Shown here: in pieces, positions 30,362-40,422 of the stretch | Numbering within the stretch: the first letter of the stretch is position 1 | How the letters are laid out: every line of letters begins with the position of its first letter | Source of the DNA: Bdellovibrionota bacterium | GTDB taxonomy: Bacteria; Bdellovibrionota_G; JALEGL01; DATDPG01 | Direction: 5' to 3' | DNA length: 64,000 bases | NCBI GenBank assembly: GCA_963668355.1 | Contig: OY764265.1 | Span: forward strand, 1,376,001 to 1,440,000 | Position numbers and translations under genes: made by a program | The notes under the pieces: generated by a model | Told to the model about the DNA's origin: nothing | Databases searched by the model: none | The model's input: the letters and a program-made list of their open reading frames with translations, nothing else

Positions 30362-32521
30362 TTGGTTGTACGTCCATTAAACTATCCGTTTGGTTTCGTC
30401 TTGTTGATGGGCTTAGGTACGTTCTTTTGGCCGGGAGTTCCCTTGTCTTTGGTGGGCCCTCCTTTGGTTGTTGCTTGTCTCCTCGTCAGTTTTTTAGCCT
30501 TTCAAACGGCACCCCGATCTTTTGCCGGGTTTAGAGCGCGAAGAAGGTTGCGAGAAGGAAGTTTGGGGTTTCTGATTGCCCTTTTGGTGGCTTCACAAGT
30601 TTGGAGTCTTCCTTGGCTAACCTGGGTATCGTTTCCTCTTTTTCTCTTGTGGGTTTATGGCGGTTATCCTGCAGAGGATTTGGGGCTGTTGTGGATGGTG
30701 CAAACATTCTTGGTCGTGCTCAGTGCGTGGAGATTCGACCAAATGAATTGGGTTTCGTGTGCAGCCGTGTCCTTCCTGTTGGGAATTTGGGTTCTCTTGG
30801 CCGTCACATTTCGCTCTCAAGAACTTCGAAAACGCAGACGTGTGACGGATCGATTGGATCTGTATGAAAGAGAGGCGAAGCATCTTGCCGTTGGAGCTCA
30901 AGACATTCAGTCTGCTTTGCGGGGCGATGAACGAAAAAAAGCCCATTTGGCATCCATGATTCGGGAACGAGAGGACACGTTCCAAAATTTGGTTCAGGTT
31001 CTTTTCAAAACGTTTGATGCCTACTCCGTCATGTTGTATCTCTACGACTCTTTGGAGGAAAAGTTCGTTGAAAAGGAACGTCTGAGTCACTCCAAACTCT
31101 TGAATGAATTTCGAATCCAACCACTGGAAGGGATTTTCAAGCTTCTGGCGAAGGCCCATGCCCCCATTCGTGTTTCTTCTCGAACCGGTTATGTGAGAGG
31201 GATAACCTATTATCGCTCTGGAGAGGGAGTTCAGGCAGCCATTGCGATTCCTCTGCGTTGTGATGGGATGTTGGAGGGGGCGGTCATCATTGATCGAAAG
31301 GAAGGCATTCCTTTTTTGGATGCGGAGTTAGATGTTGCCACACAGATTGCGGGGCAATTGGCTCGCGCCATCGAAAACGCTGAAGTTCTCCATGCCCATT
31401 TTCAACTCAGAGAGGAGTTGGAAAATTTTTATGAAGCGGCTTCTGCTTTGAATCGTAGCTTGCGCGTGGATGATGTCGTTCAAACCTTGCTCAATTCGGC
31501 GCAAAACATCTCTCATTTTGATTGGGGCCTTGTGGTCTTGCATGGACAAGGGGCTCGGACCAATCGCATCGTGGCCGAATATGGTTCCGAAGGAAAAATG
31601 TGGGTGGGGCGAACCTTTGCGTTGGCGCCAGACCGAGGAGTGGTTTCCTGGGTCATCGCCAATCAAATGCCTTTGTACTATACGGATTTCCACGAAAGAT
31701 ATGACAAGACCATTCTCTTTCATAAACAGCTCAAGGTACCCAATCAGTATTCCTCGGTTTTGATCCTACCGCTACAGCACAAAGGCGAAGCCGTGGGGGC
31801 ATTATTATTGACCTCCAAGCAAAACCACTTTTTTTCAAAGAGCGTTCGAAGCATGTTGGAAGTGGTTGGGATTCAAGCTTCTTCATCTCTAAAGAACGCA
31901 AGGATGGTATCCAAATTGGAGGAATTGGCCACCACGGATGGTCTAACGGGGCTGGTCAATCATCGAACCTTCCAGGAGCGACTCGCGGAAGAATTGATTC
32001 GAACGGATCGACATCCCGCTTCGCTTTCTCTTTTGTTGCTGGACATCGATTTCTTCAAGAAATTCAACGATGAGTATGGACATCCTGTGGGTGATTTTGT
32101 GCTCAAAGAAATCGCTTCGTTTTTGCGCCGAATGGTTCGAAAGGTCGATACGGTGGCTCGATATGGGGGAGAAGAGTTTGCAATCGTGTTGGTGAACACT
32201 CCCACGAAGGGCGCAAAGCAAATGGCTGACCGAATTGTGAATGAAGTGGCGCGAAGTCGATTCCAACACCAAGGATTGACCTTAAGAGTGTCTGTTTCCA
32301 TTGGGGTCGCGACGTATCCAGATCACGCAACTCTGCGGGAAGATTTAATAGAGCGTGCGGATCGCGCTCTTTATGAATCCAAGGAACAAGGCCGAAATCA
32401 AGCAACGTTGTATGATCGAAAATTCGGGAAAATGGAAAGCAAAGAGCGAGAAGAACGTTTGATTGATCAAGCGGAAGATCAGCTTAGAAAAATGGAGCAG
32501 ACCGAATTGGCTCTGAGTTGA
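30362..32521 (+). CDS. Membrane-anchored GAF-GAF-GGDEF diguanylate cyclase
   Basis: N-terminal TM helices; two GAF-like segments; TDGLTGL, DIDFFKKFND, RKVD I-site, GGEEF. Confidence 0.92.
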   Translation: MVVRPLNYPFGFVLLMGLGTFFWPGVPLSLVGPPLVVACLLVSFLAFQTAPRSFAGFRARRRLREGSLGFLIALLVASQVWSLPWLTWVSFPLFLLWVYGGYPAEDLGLLWMVQTFLVVLSAWRFDQMNWVSCAAVSFLLGIWVLLAVTFRSQELRKRRRVTDRLDLYEREAKHLAVGAQDIQSALRGDERKKAHLASMIREREDTFQNLVQVLFKTFDAYSVMLYLYDSLEEKFVEKERLSHSKLLNEFRIQPLEGIFKLLAKAHAPIRVSSRTGYVRGITYYRSGEGVQAAIAIPLRCDGMLEGAVIIDRKEGIPFLDAELDVATQIAGQLARAIENAEVLHAHFQLREELENFYEAASALNRSLRVDDVVQTLLNSAQNISHFDWGLVVLHGQGARTNRIVAEYGSEGKMWVGRTFALAPDRGVVSWVIANQMPLYYTDFHERYDKTILFHKQLKVPNQYSSVLILPLQHKGEAVGALLLTSKQNHFFSKSVRSMLEVVGIQASSSLKNARMVSKLEELATTDGLTGLVNHRTFQERLAEELIRTDRHPASLSLLLLDIDFFKKFNDEYGHPVGDFVLKEIASFLRRMVRKVDTVARYGGEEFAIVLVNTPTKGAKQMADRIVNEVARSRFQHQGLTLRVSVSIGVATYPDHATLREDLIERADRALYESKEQGRNQATLYDRKFGKMESKEREERLIDQAEDQLRKMEQTELALS

Positions 32522-33903
32522 CCCCAACACAAATCCCGTCTAGCTTGCACATCGTGGACCTTTTTGAATATGCAGAAAATCAGTCCCCCGAGGAAGACGC
32601 TTCGGAAGAAGGCGCTCATCAGATTGAAGAAAAAATATACTCGGTTGGCCAACTAACGGGTGAAATCAAAAGTTTGATTCGTTCCTGCTTTGGTCAAGAC
32701 GGCATCTGGGTGAAGGGAGAGCTTTCCAATTTCAGAGGTCGGAATCAGTCCGGACATATGTATTTCAGTCTAAAGGATGATCGTGCAGTGCTGGGCTGCG
32801 TGTTTTTTCGCGGATCCAATCGAAATCTCACGATTGATTTAAAGGAGGGGCAAGAAGTCCTCGCGTTTGGTCGAATTGATCTTTATGAGCCTCACGGCAA
32901 ATATCAGATGGTGGTGGAGGAGATTCGTCCTGGAGGTGTGGGGGAGCTTTATCTTAAGTTTGAACAGCTTAAGAAGAAGTTGGAAGCCGAAGGGTTGTTT
33001 GATCCTGAAAAGAAGAAGTCCATTCCAGAATTTCCAGAAAAAATTGGTCTGGTTACCTCCTCAACCGGCGCCGTCATTCGAGACATCATTCATGTAACTC
33101 GACGGCGATTTCCGCATGTTCAGTTTTATTTGGTTCCCGTTCGTGTTCAGGGGGATGGTGCCGCCGGGGAAATTGCTAAGGCCATCGAAAACTTCAATCG
33201 CTTTGAACCCAAAATGGATTGTTTGATTGTCGGACGGGGAGGTGGATCGATCGAGGATCTTTGGGCCTTTAATGAAGAAGATGTCGCGAGAGCCATTTTC
33301 GCTTCCCACATTCCCGTTATATCGGCAGTGGGGCACCAAACCGATACGACCATTGCCGATTTTGTTGCGGATGTTCGGGCGGCGACTCCCTCCCAAGCGG
33401 CTGAAATTGCCGTGCCCGATGGGGAAGTCATGCAAAAGCGGGCACAACATCTCATGCGCCAAGTGCTCCAGAACCTATCCCAATCAAAAAACATGGCCCG
33501 ACAACGCTTGGATGCCCTGAAGCGTTCCGCGCCTCTGCGGGATCCTCGTACACTGATCCATACTCGTACACAGAGAGTGGATTTGGCAACCGAGCGAATG
33601 AGCACATATGTAAAACGGAAACAAACCGAAAGCTTAGAGCGTTGGCGACGCAGTTTGGATAAATTGAAAATTTTTCTTCCGAAATTTTTAGGTCCTCGAA
33701 AAGCGGCTTTTCAAAAAGCGGCCAGCAATCTTGACCTGCTCAGCCCCTTAGCCATTCTTTCTCGTGGATATTCGGTTGTGAGGAATGGAAAAGGCGAAAT
33801 TCTGAAAACGGTTCGAAACGTGAAGGTGAAAGAGGATGTAAACGTTCGATTGCATGAAGGAGAGATGCTTTGTCAGATCAAAAAGATCTTAAAGGGCTCA
33901 TAG
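32518..33903 (+). CDS. xseA: Exodeoxyribonuclease VII large subunit
   Basis: SGHMYFSLKD, GRGGGSIEDLWAFN, SAVGH.TD, TPSQAAE, LSPLAILSRGYS. Confidence 0.96.
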   Translation: MTPTQIPSSLHIVDLFEYAENQSPEEDASEEGAHQIEEKIYSVGQLTGEIKSLIRSCFGQDGIWVKGELSNFRGRNQSGHMYFSLKDDRAVLGCVFFRGSNRNLTIDLKEGQEVLAFGRIDLYEPHGKYQMVVEEIRPGGVGELYLKFEQLKKKLEAEGLFDPEKKKSIPEFPEKIGLVTSSTGAVIRDIIHVTRRRFPHVQFYLVPVRVQGDGAAGEIAKAIENFNRFEPKMDCLIVGRGGGSIEDLWAFNEEDVARAIFASHIPVISAVGHQTDTTIADFVADVRAATPSQAAEIAVPDGEVMQKRAQHLMRQVLQNLSQSKNMARQRLDALKRSAPLRDPRTLIHTRTQRVDLATERMSTYVKRKQTESLERWRRSLDKLKIFLPKFLGPRKAAFQKAASNLDLLSPLAILSRGYSVVRNGKGEILKTVRNVKVKEDVNVRLHEGEMLCQIKKILKGS

Positions 33904-34103
33904 ACCATTTGGAACAGATTGTTTCGGACTTGCATGATGACGCGCTGTCCATGGATGAACGAATGGGAAAAGCCGAAAACGCCATGAAAGAGTACCGACG
34001 CTTTCGTCAATTTTTTCGAGAAAAGGCATTTGACGTTCGAACGCTCTCCTTTAAAGGGGGAAGTGCGGTCGAAAAGCCCTTTAATTGGAAGGACTTGGCT
34101 TAG
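33870..34103 (+). CDS. xseB: Probable divergent exodeoxyribonuclease VII small subunit
   Basis: Directly follows xseA; LEQIV..L....LSMDE helical pattern. Confidence 0.6.
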   Translation: MSDQKDLKGLIDHLEQIVSDLHDDALSMDERMGKAENAMKEYRRFRQFFREKAFDVRTLSFKGGSAVEKPFNWKDLA

Positions 34104-34161
34104 TTTTTATTCCCTCGGAAGGGATTGACGTTCGGCTGAAACTGCCTACATTACCTACGAT

Positions 34162-35076
34162 ATGCGGATCCATATTTTTGCCAGAAAGCGCTTCAATTAT
34201 TCGAATCGACGCTTTCGTGACGAGGCCAAACATCTCGGTTTTCAACTGAAGGTCATTGACCCTGCGGAATACGAGATGGTTTTGGGGAGGCAATCTCCGC
34301 TTTTGTTTCGAAATTCAAAACCCATCAAGGATGTCAATGTTGTCGTCCCTCGTATGGGGGCGTCCATTACAAATTATGCTTTGGCCGTGCTTTCCCAATT
34401 TGAAATGATGAATGTTCCCATTTTGAATCGCCCTTCGAATATTTTAAGAACCCGAAATAAATTGCGATGCCTTCAAATGCTGAGCCGGCATGACATCGAC
34501 ATTCCTCGGACCATTGTGGCGAGGTATCCGAGTGACCTGGAGAGTTCAGTGGAAATGGTCGGCGGATTTCCCGTTGTGTTAAAGCTCTTAAGTGGCTCTC
34601 AAGGGGTCGGTGTAATGATTGCCGAGAATATGCAGAGCATTCAATCAACGGTTGATACGTTGTGGAGTTTGGGACAAGACATTTTGATTCAGGAATGTGT
34701 TCAAGAATCCGTGGGACGTGATGTGCGTGTGATCGTTGTAGGTGGAAAAGTCGTGGCTGCCATGAGAAGACAGGCGCGGATTGGCGAGTTTCGCTCCAAT
34801 GTGCATCGAGGGGGGGTGGCGACAGCCATCGAACCTACAGACGATCAAGTGCGAATTGCGAAACAGGCGACGCAAATTGTGGGTTTGGACGTGGCTGGAG
34901 TGGATCTCTTGGAGTCTCATGAAGGGGCGAAAGTGATTGAGTTAAACTCCTCTCCTGGGCTGGAGGCCATCGAAAAAGTCACGGAAGTGAATATTGCACG
35001 AAAAATTTTGGAACATAGCGCGGTTTTGGTGGAAGAGCATGGTCGCTATCATCGAATTGATCCTGAGGCAGAATAA
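34162..35076 (+). CDS. RimK family alpha-L-glutamate ligase (ATP-grasp)
   Basis: [37 protein letters not shown]. Confidence 0.92.
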   Translation: MRIHIFARKRFNYSNRRFRDEAKHLGFQLKVIDPAEYEMVLGRQSPLLFRNSKPIKDVNVVVPRMGASITNYALAVLSQFEMMNVPILNRPSNILRTRNKLRCLQMLSRHDIDIPRTIVARYPSDLESSVEMVGGFPVVLKLLSGSQGVGVMIAENMQSIQSTVDTLWSLGQDILIQECVQESVGRDVRVIVVGGKVVAAMRRQARIGEFRSNVHRGGVATAIEPTDDQVRIAKQATQIVGLDVAGVDLLESHEGAKVIELNSSPGLEAIEKVTEVNIARKILEHSAVLVEEHGRYHRIDPEAE

Positions 35077-36035
35077 TGGCGGGAAAAGATTTTTATAAAA
35101 TTTTGGGAGTTGAAAAGACGGCATCCGTCGATGAAATCAAAAAGGCCTACCGAAAGCTGGCCAAAAAATGGCATCCCGATGTGAACCAAGGAGACAAAGC
35201 CGCAGAGGAGAAATTCAAAGAAATTACGGAAGCCTATGCGGTGTTGAATGATCCCAATAAGAGAAGGCAATACGATGCGATGGGGCCAGATGGTTTCCAA
35301 TCGGGCTTCGACTTTTCAGAGTTTTTCCGAGGAGGTTTTCGTCCTGGCGCAGGGGGAGGGCAGCGAACGTATCACTTCTCAGGAGACCGAGGTGGATTCA
35401 ATTTTGATGTAGGTGGATTGGAGGACATCTTTGAGTCCCTTTTTTCGGGGGGAATCGGACAAGGTAGAGCCCACGGCTTTCAACCCGGTGCGGGGTTTTA
35501 TCCGGGTGGAAATATGCGCGCGACCCCTTCCACCACATATCAAATGGATGTGGACTTTGTGACGGCCGCAAAGGGAGGAGAGGTGGATTTAGCCTTGGAG
35601 GGTGAGCGTGTTCGCGTCACCATTCCGGCGGGGGTTGAAAACGGACAAAAGATTCGTTTGGCGGGCAAAGGTCGGCGAGCGCCAACCGGTCAACGGGGTG
35701 ATTTGTATATTTCGCTTCGGGTGCAGCCACACTCCACATTCACACGAAAAGGATCGGATATTCACTTAGAGGTCCCGGTTACGATTGCCGAGGCGGGATT
35801 GGGGTCCACCCTTCAAGTTCCCACATTGGATGGTACATCGGAAGTCTCTCTGCCGGCAGGAACATCGAGTGGTTCCAGTCTCCGGCTTCGGGGGAAAGGC
35901 GCGTTCAATCGACAGGGCGGACGAGGCGATCAGTACATTAAGGTGAAGATCGTGCTTCCGAAGAAACTCAACTCCAAATCCATGGAACTTTTGAAGGAAT
36001 TCGAGAAGCTCAATCCTGGAAACCCAAGAGAGTAG
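35076..36035 (+). CDS. DnaJ-class chaperone without zinc finger (CbpA-like)
   Basis: J domain with HPD; G/F-rich linker; DnaJ_C; no CxxCxGxG repeats. Confidence 0.92.
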   Translation: MAGKDFYKILGVEKTASVDEIKKAYRKLAKKWHPDVNQGDKAAEEKFKEITEAYAVLNDPNKRRQYDAMGPDGFQSGFDFSEFFRGGFRPGAGGGQRTYHFSGDRGGFNFDVGGLEDIFESLFSGGIGQGRAHGFQPGAGFYPGGNMRATPSTTYQMDVDFVTAAKGGEVDLALEGERVRVTIPAGVENGQKIRLAGKGRRAPTGQRGDLYISLRVQPHSTFTRKGSDIHLEVPVTIAEAGLGSTLQVPTLDGTSEVSLPAGTSSGSSLRLRGKGAFNRQGGRGDQYIKVKIVLPKKLNSKSMELLKEFEKLNPGNPRE

Positions 36036-36042
36036 TCCGGGT

Positions 36043-36117
36043 TGGTGCCTCGAGCAGGAATCGAACCTGCATCACAAGCTTCGGAGGCTCGCATTCTATC
36101 CGTTGAACTATCGAGGC
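36043..36117 (-). tRNA. tRNA-Arg(CCG)
   Basis: Acceptor GCCTCGA/TCGAGGC; anticodon loop CTCCGAA; GGTTCGATTCC; encoded CCA. Confidence 0.95.
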
Positions 36118-36251
36118 GTAAGTATCGCTTTAGCATAAAATACTGGACCTTTTAAGCTTCTCGTATGATAGCGGATAGGGAGGTGCCTTGGCATGACCTG
36201 TTTTTCAGATCACACCAAGGCACTTTGGTCGCACGTTGTCGGGGAGGAAAA

Positions 36252-37436
36252 TCAGTCTTTTTTAACTTTTTTCGCGATCAATTCTCTTCGAGCCATTCCG
36301 ATGAGAAAGAGCGGAAGACACATGGTCACGAGGACGTTCCAAGGAGAGGCCTTTTCATTGCCAGAAACCGAACATCCTCCAGTCGAAGAGGAAAAACTCT
36401 CGGAAGATCCGTAGTCTCCATAGGAAGAGGAGTAAGAGCTTCCCTCAATATTGATGGCTCCCGCCAGACGCGTCATCTGGTTGTAAGCGTTGGAAACCAC
36501 TACATCGTAGCTTCCCGAAGATACTCCGTAGAGGTCAAAGGAAACGATCAGCTCTTGTTCTGTTGCACTCAGGACGCGTCCCGCGACATCTCCAGCATCT
36601 CCAGGAACGGCCAATAAGACGGCCGCATTTTCACCCAAAGCATCTCCACTTACCGTCACTGTGGCTGAAGTCGACATGCTGGTGTCGAGATTGCTGGGAA
36701 AGACCTCAAACACTTCGGGTCGTTCACGATTGTAGGAAGGATAAATTTGTGCCAAGGCTTGTCGATCATCGGTGTCTAAATCTCGGCGGAAGGTTTCTCC
36801 CGGACCCGAGGCGAAAAACATGGTTGCCAAATAAAGATCCGGAACATCTTCCCAGACATTTTCGGAAGAGTGGTCTAATCCCACGAAATGTCCGATCTCA
36901 TGAGTGGCAATGTTCTGGACATCAATGAAATTCCCATATTGTTCCTCTTCGGTATCGATCACAGCCCAATCGAAGAACTCCCCATTGAAGTGGATGTCAG
37001 AGTCCACGATTTCCATATTGGACGTCTTGTATGTTGAAATGGTAACGGCCAGGGCTTGGGTGGGAGGAGCGAAGGGAAGGGATGTCCAGCCCGACTCGGT
37101 CCAGATCAGTGTGTTCCTTCCATCGTATCCCGTTTGGCTAAAACGTTCAGGCGTGTCCTCAATGAATGAAAGGTTGGTTCCTGAAACTTCGGTCCACGAC
37201 TGAAAAGAGCGCTGGATTGCCGTTCGGATGCTTACACAAGGACCCGATTCATCACAACCATCCACGAAGTTGTCGCTTCCTCGCTCGTCAACCACATAAT
37301 GAATTTGATTGCTGTTCCAGCGTGTAAATTGCCCATCAAAAGAAACGATTTTAAATGCATAGAGGTCCTGGGTTCCGAAGAAACATAAAACAACCCCTAA
37401 ATTAAGTCCTACCAACGTGCCGCGAATACTTCTCAT
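36252..37436 (-). CDS. Matrixin-family (M10) zinc metallopeptidase with Ig-like domain and MYXO-CTERM-like tail
   Basis: HEIGHFVGLDHS (HExxHxxGxxH); ATM Met-turn; C-terminal GGC + hydrophobic segment + RR. Confidence 0.88.
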   Translation of the reverse strand: MRSIRGTLVGLNLGVVLCFFGTQDLYAFKIVSFDGQFTRWNSNQIHYVVDERGSDNFVDGCDESGPCVSIRTAIQRSFQSWTEVSGTNLSFIEDTPERFSQTGYDGRNTLIWTESGWTSLPFAPPTQALAVTISTYKTSNMEIVDSDIHFNGEFFDWAVIDTEEEQYGNFIDVQNIATHEIGHFVGLDHSSENVWEDVPDLYLATMFFASGPGETFRRDLDTDDRQALAQIYPSYNRERPEVFEVFPSNLDTSMSTSATVTVSGDALGENAAVLLAVPGDAGDVAGRVLSATEQELIVSFDLYGVSSGSYDVVVSNAYNQMTRLAGAINIEGSSYSSSYGDYGSSESFSSSTGGCSVSGNEKASPWNVLVTMCLPLFLIGMARRELIAKKVKKD

Positions 37437-37581
37437 TTTTTTCTCCCTTGCGCACTCTTTTCTCCCGTTGCGACATGTGTTCTCTAAGATGCACTCGATG
37501 AGCGCGCGTGAAGGAGTCAGCCAACGTTCAATATCCCCTTCGGTCAAGCGCACTTAGAGGTCGCTGTGAATTCGATGAACG

Positions 37582-38169
37582 CTAGAGTTCACCTCCTCGA
37601 TCCGTGACTGAGTCACGAATCTCTTCGACCAATTGGGAAAGCGGGACTCGGCGAGATTCCGAAGAATGAACATGGTGTCGTTCAACTTTTCCATATGCAT
37701 TCTTTCGAGCAAACTCGTGCTCTTTTGGAACTTGATAAAGCGCCATTTCCTCGCCGTTTTGGAGACTTTTATAAATTCGATATTTGCCTTGAGTGATTCC
37801 TGTGAGTGTGGGGGCACCGTCTCGATCTTGTTTTAAAAACACCAAGGCGCGTTCACCCTTTTTGAAACGCATCATTCCGTGCACCACTTGGCCATATCCG
37901 TTGCTTTGGCCACCGGGTTGACGAATCAAGACTTCGGATTGTTTACTTCCTTTTAGGGTTTCGTCCACTCGAAGTTTGACGTAAGTAAAGATCATTCCGC
38001 GATCCGGATCGTAGCTGGACCAGCTTGAGGTGACTTTTCCGATGTGGACCCACTGAGAATCTTGGGTGAGTCCCTGGGTGTTCATTTCCTGTACCGAGGT
38101 GGCCTGGGCATTTGCCCAAGCCACCAGCGCCACTAAGGAGAGAGAGAGTGACAAAAAACTTTTCCTCAT
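37582..38169 (-). CDS. Secreted protein upstream of the matrixin (possible propeptide-like partner)
   Basis: Signal peptide; IFTYV.L.VDETLKG, QPGG, F.KGERALVFL, QGKY. Confidence 0.7.
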   Translation of the reverse strand: MRKSFLSLSLSLVALVAWANAQATSVQEMNTQGLTQDSQWVHIGKVTSSWSSYDPDRGMIFTYVKLRVDETLKGSKQSEVLIRQPGGQSNGYGQVVHGMMRFKKGERALVFLKQDRDGAPTLTGITQGKYRIYKSLQNGEEMALYQVPKEHEFARKNAYGKVERHHVHSSESRRVPLSQLVEEIRDSVTDRGGEL

Positions 38170-38440
38170 AACCTGTCCTTTCAACCAACGTGCCATTTTG
38201 GACAATTCATCCAACAAAATGCCGGACCAAATCGACATTTCGCTTTTTATGAGAAACCGTAAAAAGGGTGGGCTGCTGACTTGCTTGAGGCGGCCCGGGG
38301 AAGTTTTTCTTTTCCCCTTCTTACACTTTAGATATTACACGGCTGAAACCTAAAGACAAGTAAAAAGATAAAAAAGTTTCTGAGTGTATACAAAAGTTAC
38401 GGTTAGCTCTAAACAGTTGAAAACAAAGGAAATTATTTAA

Positions 38441-39838
38441 ATGACGGATCCAGTAAAAGTTAGATTTGCTCCCAGCCCCACAGGATTTTTGCATATCGGG
38501 GGGGCGCGGACGGCCCTGTTCAATTATCTCTATGCCAAAAAGCATCGAGGGGCCTTCGTGCTGCGTGTGGAAGACACGGACAAGGAACGCTCCACTCCAG
38601 AGGCTGTCGAGGCCATTTTGGATGGAATGAAGTGGCTTGGGTTAGATTGGGATGAAGGTCCGTTTTTCCAAAGTCAGCGGACCGAGGAGTACACCAAAAG
38701 ACTAAAAATCTTGGAAGAAAAGGGCTGGGTATATCGCTGTTATTGTAAACCGGAAGAGTTGGAGGAGCGTCGCCAAGCGCAAAAGGCTGCGGGTCAACCC
38801 ATGAAATATGATGGTCGCTGCAGAGAGCTGATCGGAAAGGAACTCGATCAACCCTATACCTTGCGTTTTAAGGTTCCTGAAGGGGTAACCGAAATCGATG
38901 ATTTGCTACGTGGAAAGGTCCAATTTGACCATCGGGAGATTGAAGATTTGGTTCTCGCGCGAAGTGATGGAAGCCCAACTTACAATTTTGTCGTTGTCGT
39001 GGATGATTCGGATATGGGGATCACGCATGTGATTCGAGGAGACGACCACCTAAACAACACGCCCAAACAAGTCCTCTTGTACAAAGCTTTGGGTGTTCCC
39101 GTTCCAAAATTCGCCCATCTGCCACTCATTCTAGGGCAGGATAAGAAGCGTTTGTCCAAGCGGCACGGTGCGACCTCGGTCCAGTCGTATCGAGAAATGG
39201 GTTTTCTTTCCCATGCAGTGGTGAATTTCTTGGCTCGAATCGGATGGTCTCATGGCGATCAAGAGGTATTCTCCAAGGAAGAATTGATCGAAAAATTTGA
39301 TTTAGACCATGTGGGAAGTTCTGCAGGTGTCTTCAATGAGGAGAAGCTGCTTTGGTTGAATCAACATTACATCAAGGAATCTTCGGATGAGTTTTTGTTG
39401 GATGGGATATCCAAGTTTTTAGATGTTTCTCCGGATCGTCGAAAAGATCCAGGGTGTGCCCTTTTGCTTAGAACCCTGCGGGATCGCTCACAAACCTTGA
39501 AGGAAATGGCTGAAAAATCTGCCTTCTTTTTTTCGGAGAGTGTCTCGTTTGACGAAAAGGCGGTTTCAAAGTTTTTCAAGGCTGACGTTCTGGACCCCTT
39601 TCGAAAACTAAAACAAGTGTTCGAATCCCTGGAAGACATGTCAGAGGATGTCGTGAAGCCAAGATTTCAGGAGTTGTTGAGTGAACTCGATTTGAAAATG
39701 GGTAAGCTGGCTCAACCGCTTCGCGTGGCTCTCGTAGGCGGGACAACCAGTCCCGGTATCTTTGAAGTGATCGAAATGCTTGGAAAAGAACGCGTGTTAA
39801 AGCGTCTCGAAACAGCGATCAAAATGATTGAGTCGTAA
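38441..39838 (+). CDS. gltX: Glutamate--tRNA ligase
   Basis: RFAPSPTGFLHIGG, RLSKR, RCYC, IRGDDH. Confidence 0.97.
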   Translation: MTDPVKVRFAPSPTGFLHIGGARTALFNYLYAKKHRGAFVLRVEDTDKERSTPEAVEAILDGMKWLGLDWDEGPFFQSQRTEEYTKRLKILEEKGWVYRCYCKPEELEERRQAQKAAGQPMKYDGRCRELIGKELDQPYTLRFKVPEGVTEIDDLLRGKVQFDHREIEDLVLARSDGSPTYNFVVVVDDSDMGITHVIRGDDHLNNTPKQVLLYKALGVPVPKFAHLPLILGQDKKRLSKRHGATSVQSYREMGFLSHAVVNFLARIGWSHGDQEVFSKEELIEKFDLDHVGSSAGVFNEEKLLWLNQHYIKESSDEFLLDGISKFLDVSPDRRKDPGCALLLRTLRDRSQTLKEMAEKSAFFFSESVSFDEKAVSKFFKADVLDPFRKLKQVFESLEDMSEDVVKPRFQELLSELDLKMGKLAQPLRVALVGGTTSPGIFEVIEMLGKERVLKRLETAIKMIES

Positions 39839-39840
39839 GC

Positions 39841-40299
39841 CTATTGCTGTTTCCGCATGGATCGACGAATTTGAGCCGCTTGATCGGTTAAGGCCATTTC
39901 GCCATATTCGGCCACGATGGTGTCAAAGACCTCCCGAAAAGGTCGGTCTACTTCCATGAGTTTTCGAACAAAGCTGCGACGTTTTTCCGTGTCTCCTCCC
40001 CGACAAGTGGGGGCGTCAAGCGTCAAAAGTTTGTCTGTCGGACATTTGAGAGACGCAAGAACCATCATGGCTGGATCAAACTCTTCTTGGGCATCTCCTG
40101 CATGAGGATTGCTGGCCGAAGGGGTCATTTGTGCATGAGGATTGCTCATCCCATGAGGGTTGGAGAGGGATGACATATGGGGGTTGACCTGCGTGTTTTG
40201 AGGTTTTTGCTCCGCTGTTTGGATGATTTGAACTAACAGAAGAAATGCAATGATGGCCAATAAAATGGACGTGGTACTCGGTTTCGATAAAAAACTCAC
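39841..40299 (-). CDS. Membrane-anchored protein with NPH repeats and CcmH/NrfF-like domain
   Basis: TM helix; four NPH repeats; LKCP...C...RSFVRKLM...EVFDTIVAEYGEMAL. Confidence 0.55.
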   Translation of the reverse strand: MSFLSKPSTTSILLAIIAFLLLVQIIQTAEQKPQNTQVNPHMSSLSNPHGMSNPHAQMTPSASNPHAGDAQEEFDPAMMVLASLKCPTDKLLTLDAPTCRGGDTEKRRSFVRKLMEVDRPFREVFDTIVAEYGEMALTDQAAQIRRSMRKQQ

Positions 40300-40422
40300 A
40301 ATCTCATCCTCTCTTTTAGATCCCTCGACAAGCGCCTCCTATATATACGGTGAGACAGGCACTTCTTTTTTCAAAAAACAGGTTAAACCTGTCTTTTCCA
40401 GTTTCGTCAATCCCCTAGGTCC

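Noticed and set aside
36181..36225. Hairpin GTGCCTTGG...CCAAGGCAC as a riboswitch or ncRNA
   Set aside because: No recognisable aptamer motif; its position just after the matrixin stop fits a 3' stabilising or terminating stem.
38180..38195. Sigma54-like motif TGGCACGTTGGTTGAA on the minus strand
   Set aside because: The -12 element is GA rather than GC, and the implied TSS would fall at the start codon, excluding the visible RBS.
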